DNA of 64,000 nt, taken from contig NZ_DLFW01000048.1 in assembly GCF_002482385.1 (NCBI RefSeq), forward strand, positions 39,417 through 103,416, written 5' to 3'. Below, one piece after another: positions 46,376-56,646 of the stretch. Both the position numbers and the translations under genes were made by a program. The notes under the pieces were generated by a model. It worked only from the letters and a program-made list of their open reading frames with translations, had not been told where the DNA came from and ran no database searches. How positions within the stretch are numbered: the stretch's first letter is position 1; the number at the start of each line of letters is the position of its first letter. The stretch is from Dysgonomonas sp. UBA7710 (lineage in GTDB: Bacteria > Bacteroidota > Bacteroidia > Bacteroidales > Dysgonomonadaceae).

Positions 46376-48841
46376 ATGAATATTTCGTACAATTGGTTGA
46401 AAGATTACCTTGATTTCGATTTGACTCCGGAGGAAACATCCGCCGCCCTTACATCCTTGGGTTTGGAAACAGGCGGTGTGGAAGAAGTAGAAACCATCAA
46501 AGGCGGGCTGGAAGGCCTTGTTATCGGAGAAGTGCTAACATGTGCAGATCATCCCGATTCCGACCACCTGCATGTAACCACCGTTAACGTGGGACAGGAA
46601 GAACCGTTGCAGATTGTTTGCGGCGCACCGAATGTAGCTGCCGGACAGAAAGTAGTGGTTGCTCTTGTGGGTACTAAACTGTATCAGGGAGAAGAATCGT
46701 TTACAATCAAGAAATCTAAAATCAGGGGAACGGAATCTTTCGGGATGATATGTGCCGAAGATGAAATCGGTATCGGTACCAGCCATGCGGGAATCATTGT
46801 GCTGCCAGCTGATGCGAAGGTAGGAATGCCGGCCAAAGAATATTACAATGTCAAAAGCGATTATATACTCGAAGTAGATATTACACCTAACCGTATAGAC
46901 GGAGCGTCGCATTACGGTGTAGCCCGCGATTTGGAAGCCTATTTGCGTCAGAATAAACTGAAAGGGGCACTCACATTGCCATCTGTGGATGACTTCAAGA
47001 TCGATGAACCGACGGGTGCAGTTACGGTAAGAGTAGAAAACACAGAGGCTTGTCCGCGTTATGCAGGACTTACAATCCGGGGTGTGAAAGTAACCGAAAG
47101 TCCCGACTGGCTGAAAGAAAAGCTTACACTTATCGGTCAGCGACCTATTAATAATGTGGTGGATATCACCAACTATGTATTGCATAGCATGGGACATCCC
47201 CTTCATGCTTTCGATGTGGCTCATATCACAGGCGGAGAAGTAATTGTAAGAACGTTACCCGAAGGTACAAAATTCGTTACACTCGATGAGGTGGAGCGTA
47301 CCCTTAGCGACAGAGACCTGATGATATGCAACGATAAAGAGGGTATGTGTATCGGGGGTGTATTCGGAGGAATGAAATCGGGTGTGACGGAAAGTACAAC
47401 AGAGGTGTTTCTGGAATCAGCGTATTTTAATCCTACATGGATACGCAAAACAGCGCGCCGTCACGGACTGAATACGGATGCTTCTTTCCATTTCGAGCGT
47501 GGCTGCGATCCGAATGATACCATTTATGTACTGAAATATGCCGCAATGCTGATAAAGGAGATTGCAGGAGGAAAGATTACAGGAGATATTCAGGATGTAT
47601 ATCCTAATCCTGTGGAGAGGCCGATTGTAAAATTATCATACGAAAAGGTAAACTCGCTTATAGGCAAGATTATAGATAAGCAAACGGTGAGGTCTATCCT
47701 GAATAATCTGGAGATGGTTATCACAGAAGAAAGCGATGATATGCTCACTATCGAAATACCGACATACCGCGTAGATGTGCTGCGTGATGTGGACGTGATA
47801 GAAGACATACTTCGTGTATATGGCTATAATAATATAGAAATAGGCGACAACCTGAAATCGAACCTGTCATACGAAACACCTACCGATAAGGGATATGATC
47901 TCCAGAATCTGGTCTCGGAACAACTGACAGGAAGTGGTTTCAACGAAATAATGAACAACTCGCTTACGAAAGAGGCTTATTATACCGATTCGCAAGTATA
48001 TCCTGCTTCTAAGTGTGTGTATCTGCTCAATCCTTTGAGTACTGACCTGAATGTTATGCGCCAGACACTTATTTACGGAGGGTTGGAGAGTATCGCTTAT
48101 AACCGTAACCGACAGAATCCTGATATCCGTTTCTACGAATTCGGAAATTGCTATTTCTATGATGCCGAGAAAAAAACGGAAGGCGAAACACTGAAAGAAT
48201 ACAGCGAGGAATATCATTTGGGTATATGGCTCAGCGGAAGCAGCATAGATAATAGCTGGACTTCAGCTAATGAGAAATCGTCTGTATTCCAGTTAAAAGC
48301 CTATGTGGAAAATATACTTGCCCGTTTGGGGATACCTGTCTCTAAATATGATTATGAGCAATTATCGAATGAAATATTCAGCACTGCTATAGCTATTCAG
48401 GCAAAGGGCAAAGGAAAATCGTGGGGTGTATTGGGTATCGTAAACAAAAAGCTGCTTAAAGCGCAGGATATAAATACCGAAGTATATTTCGCGGAACTCA
48501 ACTGGGATGCGCTGATGAAAGAGATAAGGAAGAATACGATCACGTATTCTGAAATGTCGAAATTCCCGGCTGTGAAACGGGATTTGGCATTGTTGCTGGA
48601 TGAGCCTGTATTGTTCGACCAGATAGAGAAAATAGCATACAAGGCGGAACGCAAGTTGCTGAAAGAGGTAAGGCTATTCGATGTATATGAAGGTAAGAAT
48701 CTGCCTGAAGGCAAGAAGTCATATGCTGTGAAGTTTGTATTGCAGGACGATGAAAAGACGCTTAATGACAAGCAGATAGATGCCATTATGCAGAAAATAC
48801 AGAAGTCGCTGGAGAGTGAACTCGGTGCACAATTGAGATAA
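46376..48841 (+). CDS. pheT: phenylalanine--tRNA ligase beta subunit
   Basis: MNISYNWLKDYLDF.. canonical N-terminus, B3/4 and B5 domains, and a C-terminal anticodon-binding domain. The ORF-track start at 46322 is judged too early. Confidence 0.9.
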   Translation: MNISYNWLKDYLDFDLTPEETSAALTSLGLETGGVEEVETIKGGLEGLVIGEVLTCADHPDSDHLHVTTVNVGQEEPLQIVCGAPNVAAGQKVVVALVGTKLYQGEESFTIKKSKIRGTESFGMICAEDEIGIGTSHAGIIVLPADAKVGMPAKEYYNVKSDYILEVDITPNRIDGASHYGVARDLEAYLRQNKLKGALTLPSVDDFKIDEPTGAVTVRVENTEACPRYAGLTIRGVKVTESPDWLKEKLTLIGQRPINNVVDITNYVLHSMGHPLHAFDVAHITGGEVIVRTLPEGTKFVTLDEVERTLSDRDLMICNDKEGMCIGGVFGGMKSGVTESTTEVFLESAYFNPTWIRKTARRHGLNTDASFHFERGCDPNDTIYVLKYAAMLIKEIAGGKITGDIQDVYPNPVERPIVKLSYEKVNSLIGKIIDKQTVRSILNNLEMVITEESDDMLTIEIPTYRVDVLRDVDVIEDILRVYGYNNIEIGDNLKSNLSYETPTDKGYDLQNLVSEQLTGSGFNEIMNNSLTKEAYYTDSQVYPASKCVYLLNPLSTDLNVMRQTLIYGGLESIAYNRNRQNPDIRFYEFGNCYFYDAEKKTEGETLKEYSEEYHLGIWLSGSSIDNSWTSANEKSSVFQLKAYVENILARLGIPVSKYDYEQLSNEIFSTAIAIQAKGKGKSWGVLGIVNKKLLKAQDINTEVYFAELNWDALMKEIRKNTITYSEMSKFPAVKRDLALLLDEPVLFDQIEKIAYKAERKLLKEVRLFDVYEGKNLPEGKKSYAVKFVLQDDEKTLNDKQIDAIMQKIQKSLESELGAQLR

Positions 48842-48867
48842 GGTTCGCCAAAAGGACAGATATAAAA

Positions 48868-48898
48868 AAGCGATAGGAGTCAATATCTTATCGCTTTC
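48868..48898. terminator. bidirectional terminator between pheT and the HMA gene
   Basis: Stem AAGCGATAGGA/TCTTATCGCTT (1 mismatch), flanked by A and T runs. Confidence 0.5.
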
Positions 48899-48912
48899 TA
48901 TATTGGTTATAC

Positions 48913-49188
48913 TCATTTACAACAGTCGGACAGTTCATCATGTTTTACCTTGTCGGCTTTGTTCTTATCGGTGTCGTGGCCTACTTTTGCGATAGCTTTA
49001 CTGATCTCTTCGGAATTTGTTTTCTCAGGGTTAAAGCCTATCTGGAGTTTGCCATTCTGTATGTTCCATGTCGCGGAAAATACGCCGTCTACTGATAAAG
49101 CTGCGTTTTCTATCCGTTGTTTGCATATCTCACAATTGCCTTGAACTGTAAGTGTTGCGTATTTTAGGTTATTGTATATAATATCCAT
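48913..49188 (-). CDS. heavy-metal-associated (HMA) domain protein
   Basis: ..TVQGNCEICKQRIE.. carries the HMA CxxC motif with a ferredoxin-like fold spacing. The C-terminus is ..DCCK. Confidence 0.55.
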   Translation of the reverse strand: MDIIYNNLKYATLTVQGNCEICKQRIENAALSVDGVFSATWNIQNGKLQIGFNPEKTNSEEISKAIAKVGHDTDKNKADKVKHDELSDCCK

Positions 49189-49475
49189 ATCCGTAGATTT
49201 TTAAAGGTTGATAATAATATGGGGATATAGATCTATGAAACTATATATATCCTAAAACAAAGATGATATATATTAGTTTCGATATAGGGCTGTTTTTAAT
49301 AATGATTATACAAACCGGATAGTTACTGTGATTTTTTGTGATGAAATTATCGGGGATTGAGGCTAATTGTTAATTATAAATCTGGTAACTATCATATATT
49401 GAAAAGGGGCAAAAGAAAATCCTTATCCGTGATAATGAATAAATGGTCCTTATTCCAAATCTCCGATATTTTTTA

Positions 49476-49483
49476 TACTTTTG
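49476..49483 (+). promoter_or_regulatory. -7 box TACTTTTG upstream of yebC
   Basis: Matches TAnnTTTG 35 nt before the ATG at 49518. Confidence 0.35.
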
Positions 49484-49517
49484 CCTACCAAAAGAATAAA
49501 CGATTGATATAAATATT

Positions 49518-50246
49518 ATGGGAAGAGCGTTCGAATACCGCAAAGCGACAAAGATGAAACGTTGGGGCAATATGGCCCGTGTGTTCACTAAACTAGGGAG
49601 ACAAATAACAATAGCAGTAAAAGAGGGTGGCCCTGAGCCTGATACCAATCCCCGTCTTCGTGTGTTGATGCAGCAAGTGAAGAAGGAGAATATGCCAAAG
49701 GAAAATGTAGAACGTGCCATAAAAAAAGCAATATCGAAAGACGAGGCTGATTATAAGGAGGTTGTATATGAAGGATACGGGCCGTTTGGAATTGCTATCG
49801 TGGTGGAGACTGCAACCGATAATCCGACGCGTACTGTTGCGAATGTACGCAGCTACTTTAATAAGCATAATGGTTCACTGGGGACTTCGGGTAGCCTTGA
49901 ATTTCTTTTCGACCACAAATGTGTGTTTAAAATCGGAGCAAAGGACGGTGTCTCACTGGAAGATCTGGAACTGGAATTAATTGACTACGGTGTTGACGAA
50001 GTAGAGCATGACGGTGATGATATAATACTCTACGGAGAGTTTAAATCTTACTCTGAAATACAGAAATATCTCGAAGAAAACGGATTTGAAATACACAGTG
50101 CCGAGTTTGAGCGTATTCCGAATGACCTGAAAGAACTGACAAAGGAACAACAGGAACAAATACAAAAGCTATTGGATAAATTCGAAGATGATGACGATGT
50201 TCAGAATGTGTTCCATAATATGAAAGGAGATTTCGAAGAAGAGTGA
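49518..50246 (+). CDS. yebC: YebC/PmpR family DNA-binding transcriptional regulator
   Basis: MGRAFEYRKATKMKRWGNMARVFTKLGR.. is the hallmark N-terminus. About 240 aa. Confidence 0.9.
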   Translation: MGRAFEYRKATKMKRWGNMARVFTKLGRQITIAVKEGGPEPDTNPRLRVLMQQVKKENMPKENVERAIKKAISKDEADYKEVVYEGYGPFGIAIVVETATDNPTRTVANVRSYFNKHNGSLGTSGSLEFLFDHKCVFKIGAKDGVSLEDLELELIDYGVDEVEHDGDDIILYGEFKSYSEIQKYLEENGFEIHSAEFERIPNDLKELTKEQQEQIQKLLDKFEDDDDVQNVFHNMKGDFEEE

Positions 50247-50272
50247 CTCTGCTTTGATAATACCATATAAGG

Positions 50273-50305
50273 AACTGCAAGATACTACTCTTGCAGTTTT
50301 TTTAT
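50273..50305 (+). terminator. rho-independent terminator after yebC
   Basis: 9-bp perfect stem AACTGCAAG/CTTGCAGTT, an 8-nt loop, then T7. Confidence 0.75.
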
Positions 50306-50336
50306 TACATTTGCCAATATAAGAAAAAATAAGGCG

Positions 50337-51593
50337 ATGATGAGATATAAGCTTATAACGATACTCCTGTTTATTTGCAGTATGCTTTCGGCGCAGGCAT
50401 ACCGGACTCAGGCCCTTTCAGATGAAATATATACAATAGAGGTAAACCTGAATGGGAGCCGGAACCAGAATCCGGTGGCTAGACTGAATAGCGATGATAA
50501 TATCAACATCAGTTTTGACCGCTTGTCGGATAATTCCTTCAACCGCCTGCGATATCGCGTCATACATTGCGATGCTTATTGGTTAAAAAGCAAGGGCATC
50601 TCTGAGATCGATTATCTGAACGGATTTAATGACAATCCTATAGATGATTACGCTCCATCGGTCAATACTACAGTCGAATATACACATTTCAATCTGGATA
50701 TACCAAACAGGGATGTGAGCCTGAAAATATCGGGAAATTATGTTGTCGAAGTTTATGAGGACGGTGAACCCGGTATAGTATTACTTACAGCCTGCTTCTC
50801 GGTGGTAGATCCGGCTATAAATATAGCGGCCACAGTCTCATCCAATACCGACATAGACTTTAATAAAAGTCACCAGCAGGTATCTTTCACGATTCATCAT
50901 CAAGGTATGAATATCAGAGATCCCTTTACCGAAATTATGGTGTTTGTACAACAAAACAACAGATTGGATAATGAAAAGCGCAAGCTAAAACCGACATATG
51001 TGAATCCCGGCAAACTGATATACGAACACAATCGGGATTTGATATTTCAGGCCGGGAACGAATATCGCCGCTTTGAAACATCGAGCCATAGATATAATGG
51101 TATGAATGTAGCCCACATCAGATATGTCCGTCCGGGTTATGAGATGGATATTGAAACGGATAAGGTACGTGCCGGACGTTCTTATAGTTACGATCAGGAT
51201 CAGAACGGCCGCTTCTTTATAAGGAATAATGATAGTGAATATCCTGAAACAGAGGCTGATTATTTTACTACCAATTTTACATTGGCTATGGATGAGCCTT
51301 TGTTGGAAAGTATATATATAAATGGAAATTTTACCGATAATACCTTTACCGACAAATACAAGATGAAATATGATTATAATGAGAAGTTATACCGTCTTTC
51401 CTTGTTATTGAAACAGGGTATGTATAATTATCTCTATCTTACAAAAGACGGAAACAACTTTGTTACTACTAATATCGAAGGCAATTATTTCGAAGCGGAG
51501 AATGAATATTCTGTCTATGTTTACTACCGCCCCACAGGCCAGCGTTACGATAGCCTGATAGGTGTGCAGAATATACAGTCGCGGGCGAAGTAG
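50337..51593 (+). CDS. hypothetical secreted protein
   Basis: Signal peptide (LLFICSMLSAQA). No catalytic motifs recognised. Confidence 0.5.
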   Translation: MMRYKLITILLFICSMLSAQAYRTQALSDEIYTIEVNLNGSRNQNPVARLNSDDNINISFDRLSDNSFNRLRYRVIHCDAYWLKSKGISEIDYLNGFNDNPIDDYAPSVNTTVEYTHFNLDIPNRDVSLKISGNYVVEVYEDGEPGIVLLTACFSVVDPAINIAATVSSNTDIDFNKSHQQVSFTIHHQGMNIRDPFTEIMVFVQQNNRLDNEKRKLKPTYVNPGKLIYEHNRDLIFQAGNEYRRFETSSHRYNGMNVAHIRYVRPGYEMDIETDKVRAGRSYSYDQDQNGRFFIRNNDSEYPETEADYFTTNFTLAMDEPLLESIYINGNFTDNTFTDKYKMKYDYNEKLYRLSLLLKQGMYNYLYLTKDGNNFVTTNIEGNYFEAENEYSVYVYYRPTGQRYDSLIGVQNIQSRAK

Positions 51594-51604
51594 GAGGTAT
51601 GAGT

Positions 51605-53980
51605 TTAATAAACTCTTACTTCATCTATCATCAGGTAAGCCTTGTCCCCTTTCTTTTCGTGCCAATCGGGCAATTCCTTTATTGATTCGGCAATTACTTT
51701 TACGTACCGGGCTTTCACTGTTTCGTCCAGATTAGCCGATAAAGTAATCACCACAGGGCTTATATGCTCTGTACGTTCTTCGTATGTCTCCTTAAATACT
51801 TCCTTATATGTATTACCATCTGCAGATACTAATAAAGCAAGGCTTTTCGGTGCAAATAATCCCCCTCTGGTATTTACATATGAATTCAAATCCAAGGATG
51901 AAATGTCGGTCTGCTCTTTCATATCTATGTCTGCTTCAAAATCGGTGCCGGCAAAACCCAGCCACATGCCTGTACGGTAACTGGCATTCGAACCTAATTG
52001 TCCATTAACCAGTGTTGTCGCGCCACTGAAAGTATAGCGTTTATCCGGATCATATTTTAATGTTATGGGTTTGGCACAAGCCTTATGAAAAATGAAGTCT
52101 TTCGAATAAACCTTGCCTCTTACATTTTTCCGATATGCAACAGCCTTGAATATAGTATTGCCTTTTATGGTTATCGGGCTGCCATATATGTAAGGTACAG
52201 ATTCGGCTGTCGGCTCTTTATTGCCCAGTGTATAATAAATAGGGCTGTTGTCAAATGTCGACATATAAAGGTTTATCTCATTCTTAATTGTATCCACAAC
52301 TATAGAATCCTGTATTTCGTAAGCCTGCTTACAATTCTCATATCCCAGTTTGTCGAAGTGTTTAGATAGCCGGTATAAACGAGAAACAAAATCACCATAA
52401 TCTTTCCTCTCCGGATTTGTCCATACAGTTTCTGCGAGAGCGCATATACGGGGAAGCAACATATATTCAACATTCTGTCCCGAAGGCATATATTCTGTCC
52501 ATATATTAACTTGTGCTCCCAGAATATGCTTCTGACTGTTCTCATCTAAGCCGGCAGGCATCGGATTAAATGAATATGTCTTTTTCAGTTCCGTCAGCCA
52601 GCCAAATGTGAAAGGTTCGTTATCTATATCAGGAGATTGATAATAATCCAGATATACATATTGTTCAGGCGTCATTATCACATCGTGACCTTTGTTAGCA
52701 GCATAGACACCTCCTTCAGTACCGCGCCATGACATGATTGTTGCATTAGGGGCGATTCCACCCTCCAGTATTTCATCCCAGCCGATAATTTTTTTGTTTT
52801 TAGCGTTTATCATTTTTTCTACTCTGGATATGAAATAGCTCTGTAATTGTTCTCCGAGAGAATGTTCCGGTGATTCTTTCAGTCTCAACTGTCTCATTCT
52901 TGCCTGACATTTAGGACATGCCATCCATCTGCTTTTAAGGCACTCATCACCTCCTATATGGATATATCGGGAGGGAAACAATGGGAGTACTTCGGTCATC
53001 ACATCATCGAGAAACATAAACACTTCCTCATTACCTGCGCAAAGCACATCTTCATAGATACCCCATTCGGCACCGACCTGATAGGGCCCTCCCGTACAGC
53101 CCAGATAAGGGTATGAAGCTAGAGCGGCTAATGTATGTCCCGGAATATCTATCTCCGGAATGATGGTTATAAAATGCTCTTCAGCATATTTTACAATATC
53201 TTTTATTTCTTCTTGTGTATAAAATCCGCTAACAGGTTTGTTGTCAAATTCGCCTGTATGGCGGCCTATAATTGTATGCTCACGCGTAGAACCTACTTCG
53301 GTAAGCTTAGGGTACTTCTTTATCTCAATACGCCAGCCCTGATCGTCGGTCAGATGCCAGTGAAAGATATTGATATTGAACATGGCCAGTATATCAATAT
53401 ATTTTTTCACAAAATCAACAGGGAAAAAATGTCGTGATACATCCAATGAAGCTCCCCTGTGAGCATATTCGGGATAATCTGTAATCTCGGCGCTCGGAAA
53501 TTCTATTTCGGTATCAGCATTTACCGGAATTGATTTCCGGATGGTTTGGATTCCGTAAAAAGTTCCTGCTTCAGTAGATCCGTTTATGGTGATGAGCGAA
53601 GAATTCACACTTATAATATAGGCTTCAGGATTATCGCTTGAATAGTCAATGGTGAGTTTTATAGCATTCTCAATATCCTGCTTGTTGGTTATTTCAAGTC
53701 TTAAGCCTGTTATCTGCGCAATATATTCGGATAATAAAGCCGCTGATCGTGCCAGCTTGCTATTTGCGGCAGGAAATGATATCTTTGTAGTCTTATTCAG
53801 TATGAAAGGCTTACCGTCTACCGCTTTTATTTCCTGTACCATGGGTACTATATCGTAACTGGCTACGGGAGTAGGTTTGTCGGAAGTACAGGCAATGAAA
53901 AATAAAAGAGTCGACAGACAGAGAAAATTTCTAAACATAAATGAATGATTTTGTGTTTTATATGATAAAAAGTTAAACAA
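51605..53980 (-). CDS. beta-N-acetylhexosaminidase (GH20) with a C-terminal discoidin-like domain
   Basis: GH20 catalytic region ..HWHLTDDQGWRIEIKKYP.. and ..HIGGDE.. plus a signal peptide. Confidence 0.85.
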   Translation of the reverse strand: MFNFLSYKTQNHSFMFRNFLCLSTLLFFIACTSDKPTPVASYDIVPMVQEIKAVDGKPFILNKTTKISFPAANSKLARSAALLSEYIAQITGLRLEITNKQDIENAIKLTIDYSSDNPEAYIISVNSSLITINGSTEAGTFYGIQTIRKSIPVNADTEIEFPSAEITDYPEYAHRGASLDVSRHFFPVDFVKKYIDILAMFNINIFHWHLTDDQGWRIEIKKYPKLTEVGSTREHTIIGRHTGEFDNKPVSGFYTQEEIKDIVKYAEEHFITIIPEIDIPGHTLAALASYPYLGCTGGPYQVGAEWGIYEDVLCAGNEEVFMFLDDVMTEVLPLFPSRYIHIGGDECLKSRWMACPKCQARMRQLRLKESPEHSLGEQLQSYFISRVEKMINAKNKKIIGWDEILEGGIAPNATIMSWRGTEGGVYAANKGHDVIMTPEQYVYLDYYQSPDIDNEPFTFGWLTELKKTYSFNPMPAGLDENSQKHILGAQVNIWTEYMPSGQNVEYMLLPRICALAETVWTNPERKDYGDFVSRLYRLSKHFDKLGYENCKQAYEIQDSIVVDTIKNEINLYMSTFDNSPIYYTLGNKEPTAESVPYIYGSPITIKGNTIFKAVAYRKNVRGKVYSKDFIFHKACAKPITLKYDPDKRYTFSGATTLVNGQLGSNASYRTGMWLGFAGTDFEADIDMKEQTDISSLDLNSYVNTRGGLFAPKSLALLVSADGNTYKEVFKETYEERTEHISPVVITLSANLDETVKARYVKVIAESIKELPDWHEKKGDKAYLMIDEVRVY

Positions 53981-54088
53981 ATTTCAAATATATGCTTTAT
54001 TCTGAAATTTTTGCCACAAAAAATTTATATTTTTGCACCTTGATTGCATAGTCGTTATGCAATGAACAGTTTAATTAAAATGTAGAAG

Positions 54089-55402
54089 ATGAAAGTCCTG
54101 AAATTTGGTAGTGCGTCTATTGCTACAGCAGACAAGATGAAAAATGTAGCAAATATTGTTGCCCGCGGAGGCAATAATATCATTGTGTTGTCATCGATGC
54201 GGGGAACAGCAGAGGCATTAGCCGAAGTGTCGGACTATCTGTACAAAAAGAATCAGGAAGGGGCCATTGAAATAATAAACAGGCTGGAGAAGCAGTACAA
54301 CGATTTCGTTTCCGACCTTTTTAGCGGAGAAGCCTTCAGATTGAAAGCGGAAGAAGTAATCGCGGCAAAGTTTAATTATATCCGTACTTTCACTAAAGAC
54401 CTGTTCACTCTTTTTGAGGAACGGGTGGTAATGGCACAAAGTGAATTGCTCAGTTCGGAACTATTCCATTTATACCTTACCGAGAAGAAGATAAATGCAG
54501 TATTGATACCTGCGCTTGAATATATGCGTACCGATAAGAACTCGGCGCCCGACCCTGCATATATAAAGGAAAAGCTCACAGCTTTACTTGATGCGGCCAA
54601 AGGAGCGGATTTGTATATCACACAAGGATATATCTGCCGCAATGCATATGGCGAGATCGACGATTTGCGTAAAGGGGGAAGTGACTATACGGCATCGCTT
54701 GTTGGTGCGGCGGTAGGTGCTGACGAAATTCAGATTTGGGCTGATGTGCATGCAATGCAGAACAATGATCCGCGTTATGTAAAAGGAACTACAGCTATCC
54801 GCCACCTGAATTTCGATGAAGCAGCCGAGTTGGCGTATTTTGGTATAAAAATACTTCATCCATCGAGCATACTGCCTGCAAAATTGGCTGATATAGCCGT
54901 ATGTCTTAAAAATACGGAATATCCCGATGCCGCAGGAACACTTATCTCCAACGAAACAGAGGCCCGCGCCATAAAGGCAGTGGCCGCTAAGGAGAATATT
55001 ACTGCAATAAAAATAAAATCGGGCAGGATGTTGCTCGCACATGGTTTTCTACGTCGTGTTACCGAAGTATTTGAAAACTACCAGACATCAATCGATATGC
55101 TGGCTACGTCCGAAATAGGAGTTTCTCTTACTATAGATGATGACAAAAATATACAACTTATTCTTGACGAACTGAAGAAATATGGTACAGTTTCCGTCGA
55201 TTCCAATATGGTAATCATTTCCGTAATCGGAAATCTGGAATCGGAAGACGCCAGTTTTGCATCTACGATATTGAATGCCGTAAAGGGCATATCTATCCGG
55301 ATGATTTCATATGGCGGCAGCAAATACAACTTTTCATTTCTGATAGAAAGTAAAGATAAAGAAAAGACGCTCCAAATTCTGAATGACAAATTGTTTAATT
55401 AA
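54089..55402 (+). CDS. lysC: aspartate kinase
   Basis: MKVLKFGSAS.. kinase domain and tandem ACT domains. lysA lies immediately downstream. Confidence 0.85.
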   Translation: MKVLKFGSASIATADKMKNVANIVARGGNNIIVLSSMRGTAEALAEVSDYLYKKNQEGAIEIINRLEKQYNDFVSDLFSGEAFRLKAEEVIAAKFNYIRTFTKDLFTLFEERVVMAQSELLSSELFHLYLTEKKINAVLIPALEYMRTDKNSAPDPAYIKEKLTALLDAAKGADLYITQGYICRNAYGEIDDLRKGGSDYTASLVGAAVGADEIQIWADVHAMQNNDPRYVKGTTAIRHLNFDEAAELAYFGIKILHPSSILPAKLADIAVCLKNTEYPDAAGTLISNETEARAIKAVAAKENITAIKIKSGRMLLAHGFLRRVTEVFENYQTSIDMLATSEIGVSLTIDDDKNIQLILDELKKYGTVSVDSNMVIISVIGNLESEDASFASTILNAVKGISIRMISYGGSKYNFSFLIESKDKEKTLQILNDKLFN

Positions 55403-55416
55403 TTATTAAATTCCAA

Positions 55417-56574
55417 ATGACAAAAGGAAATTTTCCTGTTGACAAGCTAAAAGGTATCGAAACGCCTTTTTATTATTACGATATGGATTTGCTGAAAAGG
55501 ACATTGAAGATCGTAAAAGAAGAGACAAAAAAATACGGATTTGTACAGCATTATGCTGTAAAGGCCAATGCAAACCGCAGGATTCTTGAACTTATTGCTT
55601 CGGAAGGTTTTGGCGCCGACTGTGTAAGCGGAAATGAAGTGAAAGCGGCGGTAAATGCAGGGTTTCCGGCTTCAAAAATTGTTTTTGCAGGAGTAGGTAA
55701 GACTGATAAGGAAATAAATCTGGCTCTCGACCTTAATATTTTCTGTTTTAACGTAGAGTCCTTACCCGAATTGGAAATAATCAATGAACTAGCAGGCAAG
55801 AAAGGCAAGCAAGCTCAGGTAGCTTTGCGAATCAATCCGAATGTAGATGCTCATACACACGAATATATAACAACCGGCCTGAATGAAAATAAATTTGGTT
55901 TTGCTATGGCGCATCTCGATGCGGTGATAGAGAAACTGAAGACTCTGAAAGCGATCAAACTCATAGGGATACATTTCCATATAGGTTCTCAGATAGAGGA
56001 GGCAGAGACTTTCGAGCCTTTATGTAAACGTGTTAATGAATTACAGACATATTTCGAGGAAAAAGAAATAAAACTGGAGCATATCAATCTTGGTGGAGGC
56101 CTCGGTATAGATTATGAGAATCCTGATGCTCATCCGGTTTCAGATTTCGCTGGATATTTCGCTTTATTTAATAAAAACCTTAAGCTCAGAGACGGGCAAA
56201 TTGCACATTTTGAATTAGGACGCTCTATTGTAGCTCAATGCGGAGCATTGGTAACTCGTACAACATATGTAAAGCATGGAGAAAATAAAGTGTTCGTGAT
56301 TGTAGATGCTGGTATGACAGATCTTATTCGTCCGGCACTATATCAGGCATATCATAAAATTGAAAATATTTCGTCCAGCCTTCCGGTTAAAAAATATGAT
56401 GTGGTAGGGCCTATATGCGAATCTTCGGACGTTTTTGCAAAAGATTACGAGCTGAATGAAACCCAGAGAGGTGATATGCTTGTCCTTCGTTCGGCCGGTG
56501 CATATGGTGAAATAATGGCATCACAATATAACTGCCGCGAATTGCCAAAACCATATTACTCGGATAAAATATAA
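55417..56574 (+). CDS. lysA: diaminopimelate decarboxylase
   Basis: PLP-dependent fold-III decarboxylase. ..YAVKAN.. (PLP Lys) and ..HFHIGSQ.. motifs. Confidence 0.9.
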   Translation: MTKGNFPVDKLKGIETPFYYYDMDLLKRTLKIVKEETKKYGFVQHYAVKANANRRILELIASEGFGADCVSGNEVKAAVNAGFPASKIVFAGVGKTDKEINLALDLNIFCFNVESLPELEIINELAGKKGKQAQVALRINPNVDAHTHEYITTGLNENKFGFAMAHLDAVIEKLKTLKAIKLIGIHFHIGSQIEEAETFEPLCKRVNELQTYFEEKEIKLEHINLGGGLGIDYENPDAHPVSDFAGYFALFNKNLKLRDGQIAHFELGRSIVAQCGALVTRTTYVKHGENKVFVIVDAGMTDLIRPALYQAYHKIENISSSLPVKKYDVVGPICESSDVFAKDYELNETQRGDMLVLRSAGAYGEIMASQYNCRELPKPYYSDKI

Positions 56575-56646
56575 TCGTACAACAATATAAGTCAGGAGTC
56601 GTATGAATATATGGCTCTTGTCTTTTTATGAAGATATTTCTTTAGA

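Noticed and set aside
46535-48786. Long antisense ORFs within pheT (229 and 129 aa, among others)
   Set aside because: They overlap a strongly supported essential gene on the other strand, and their translations are compositionally odd.
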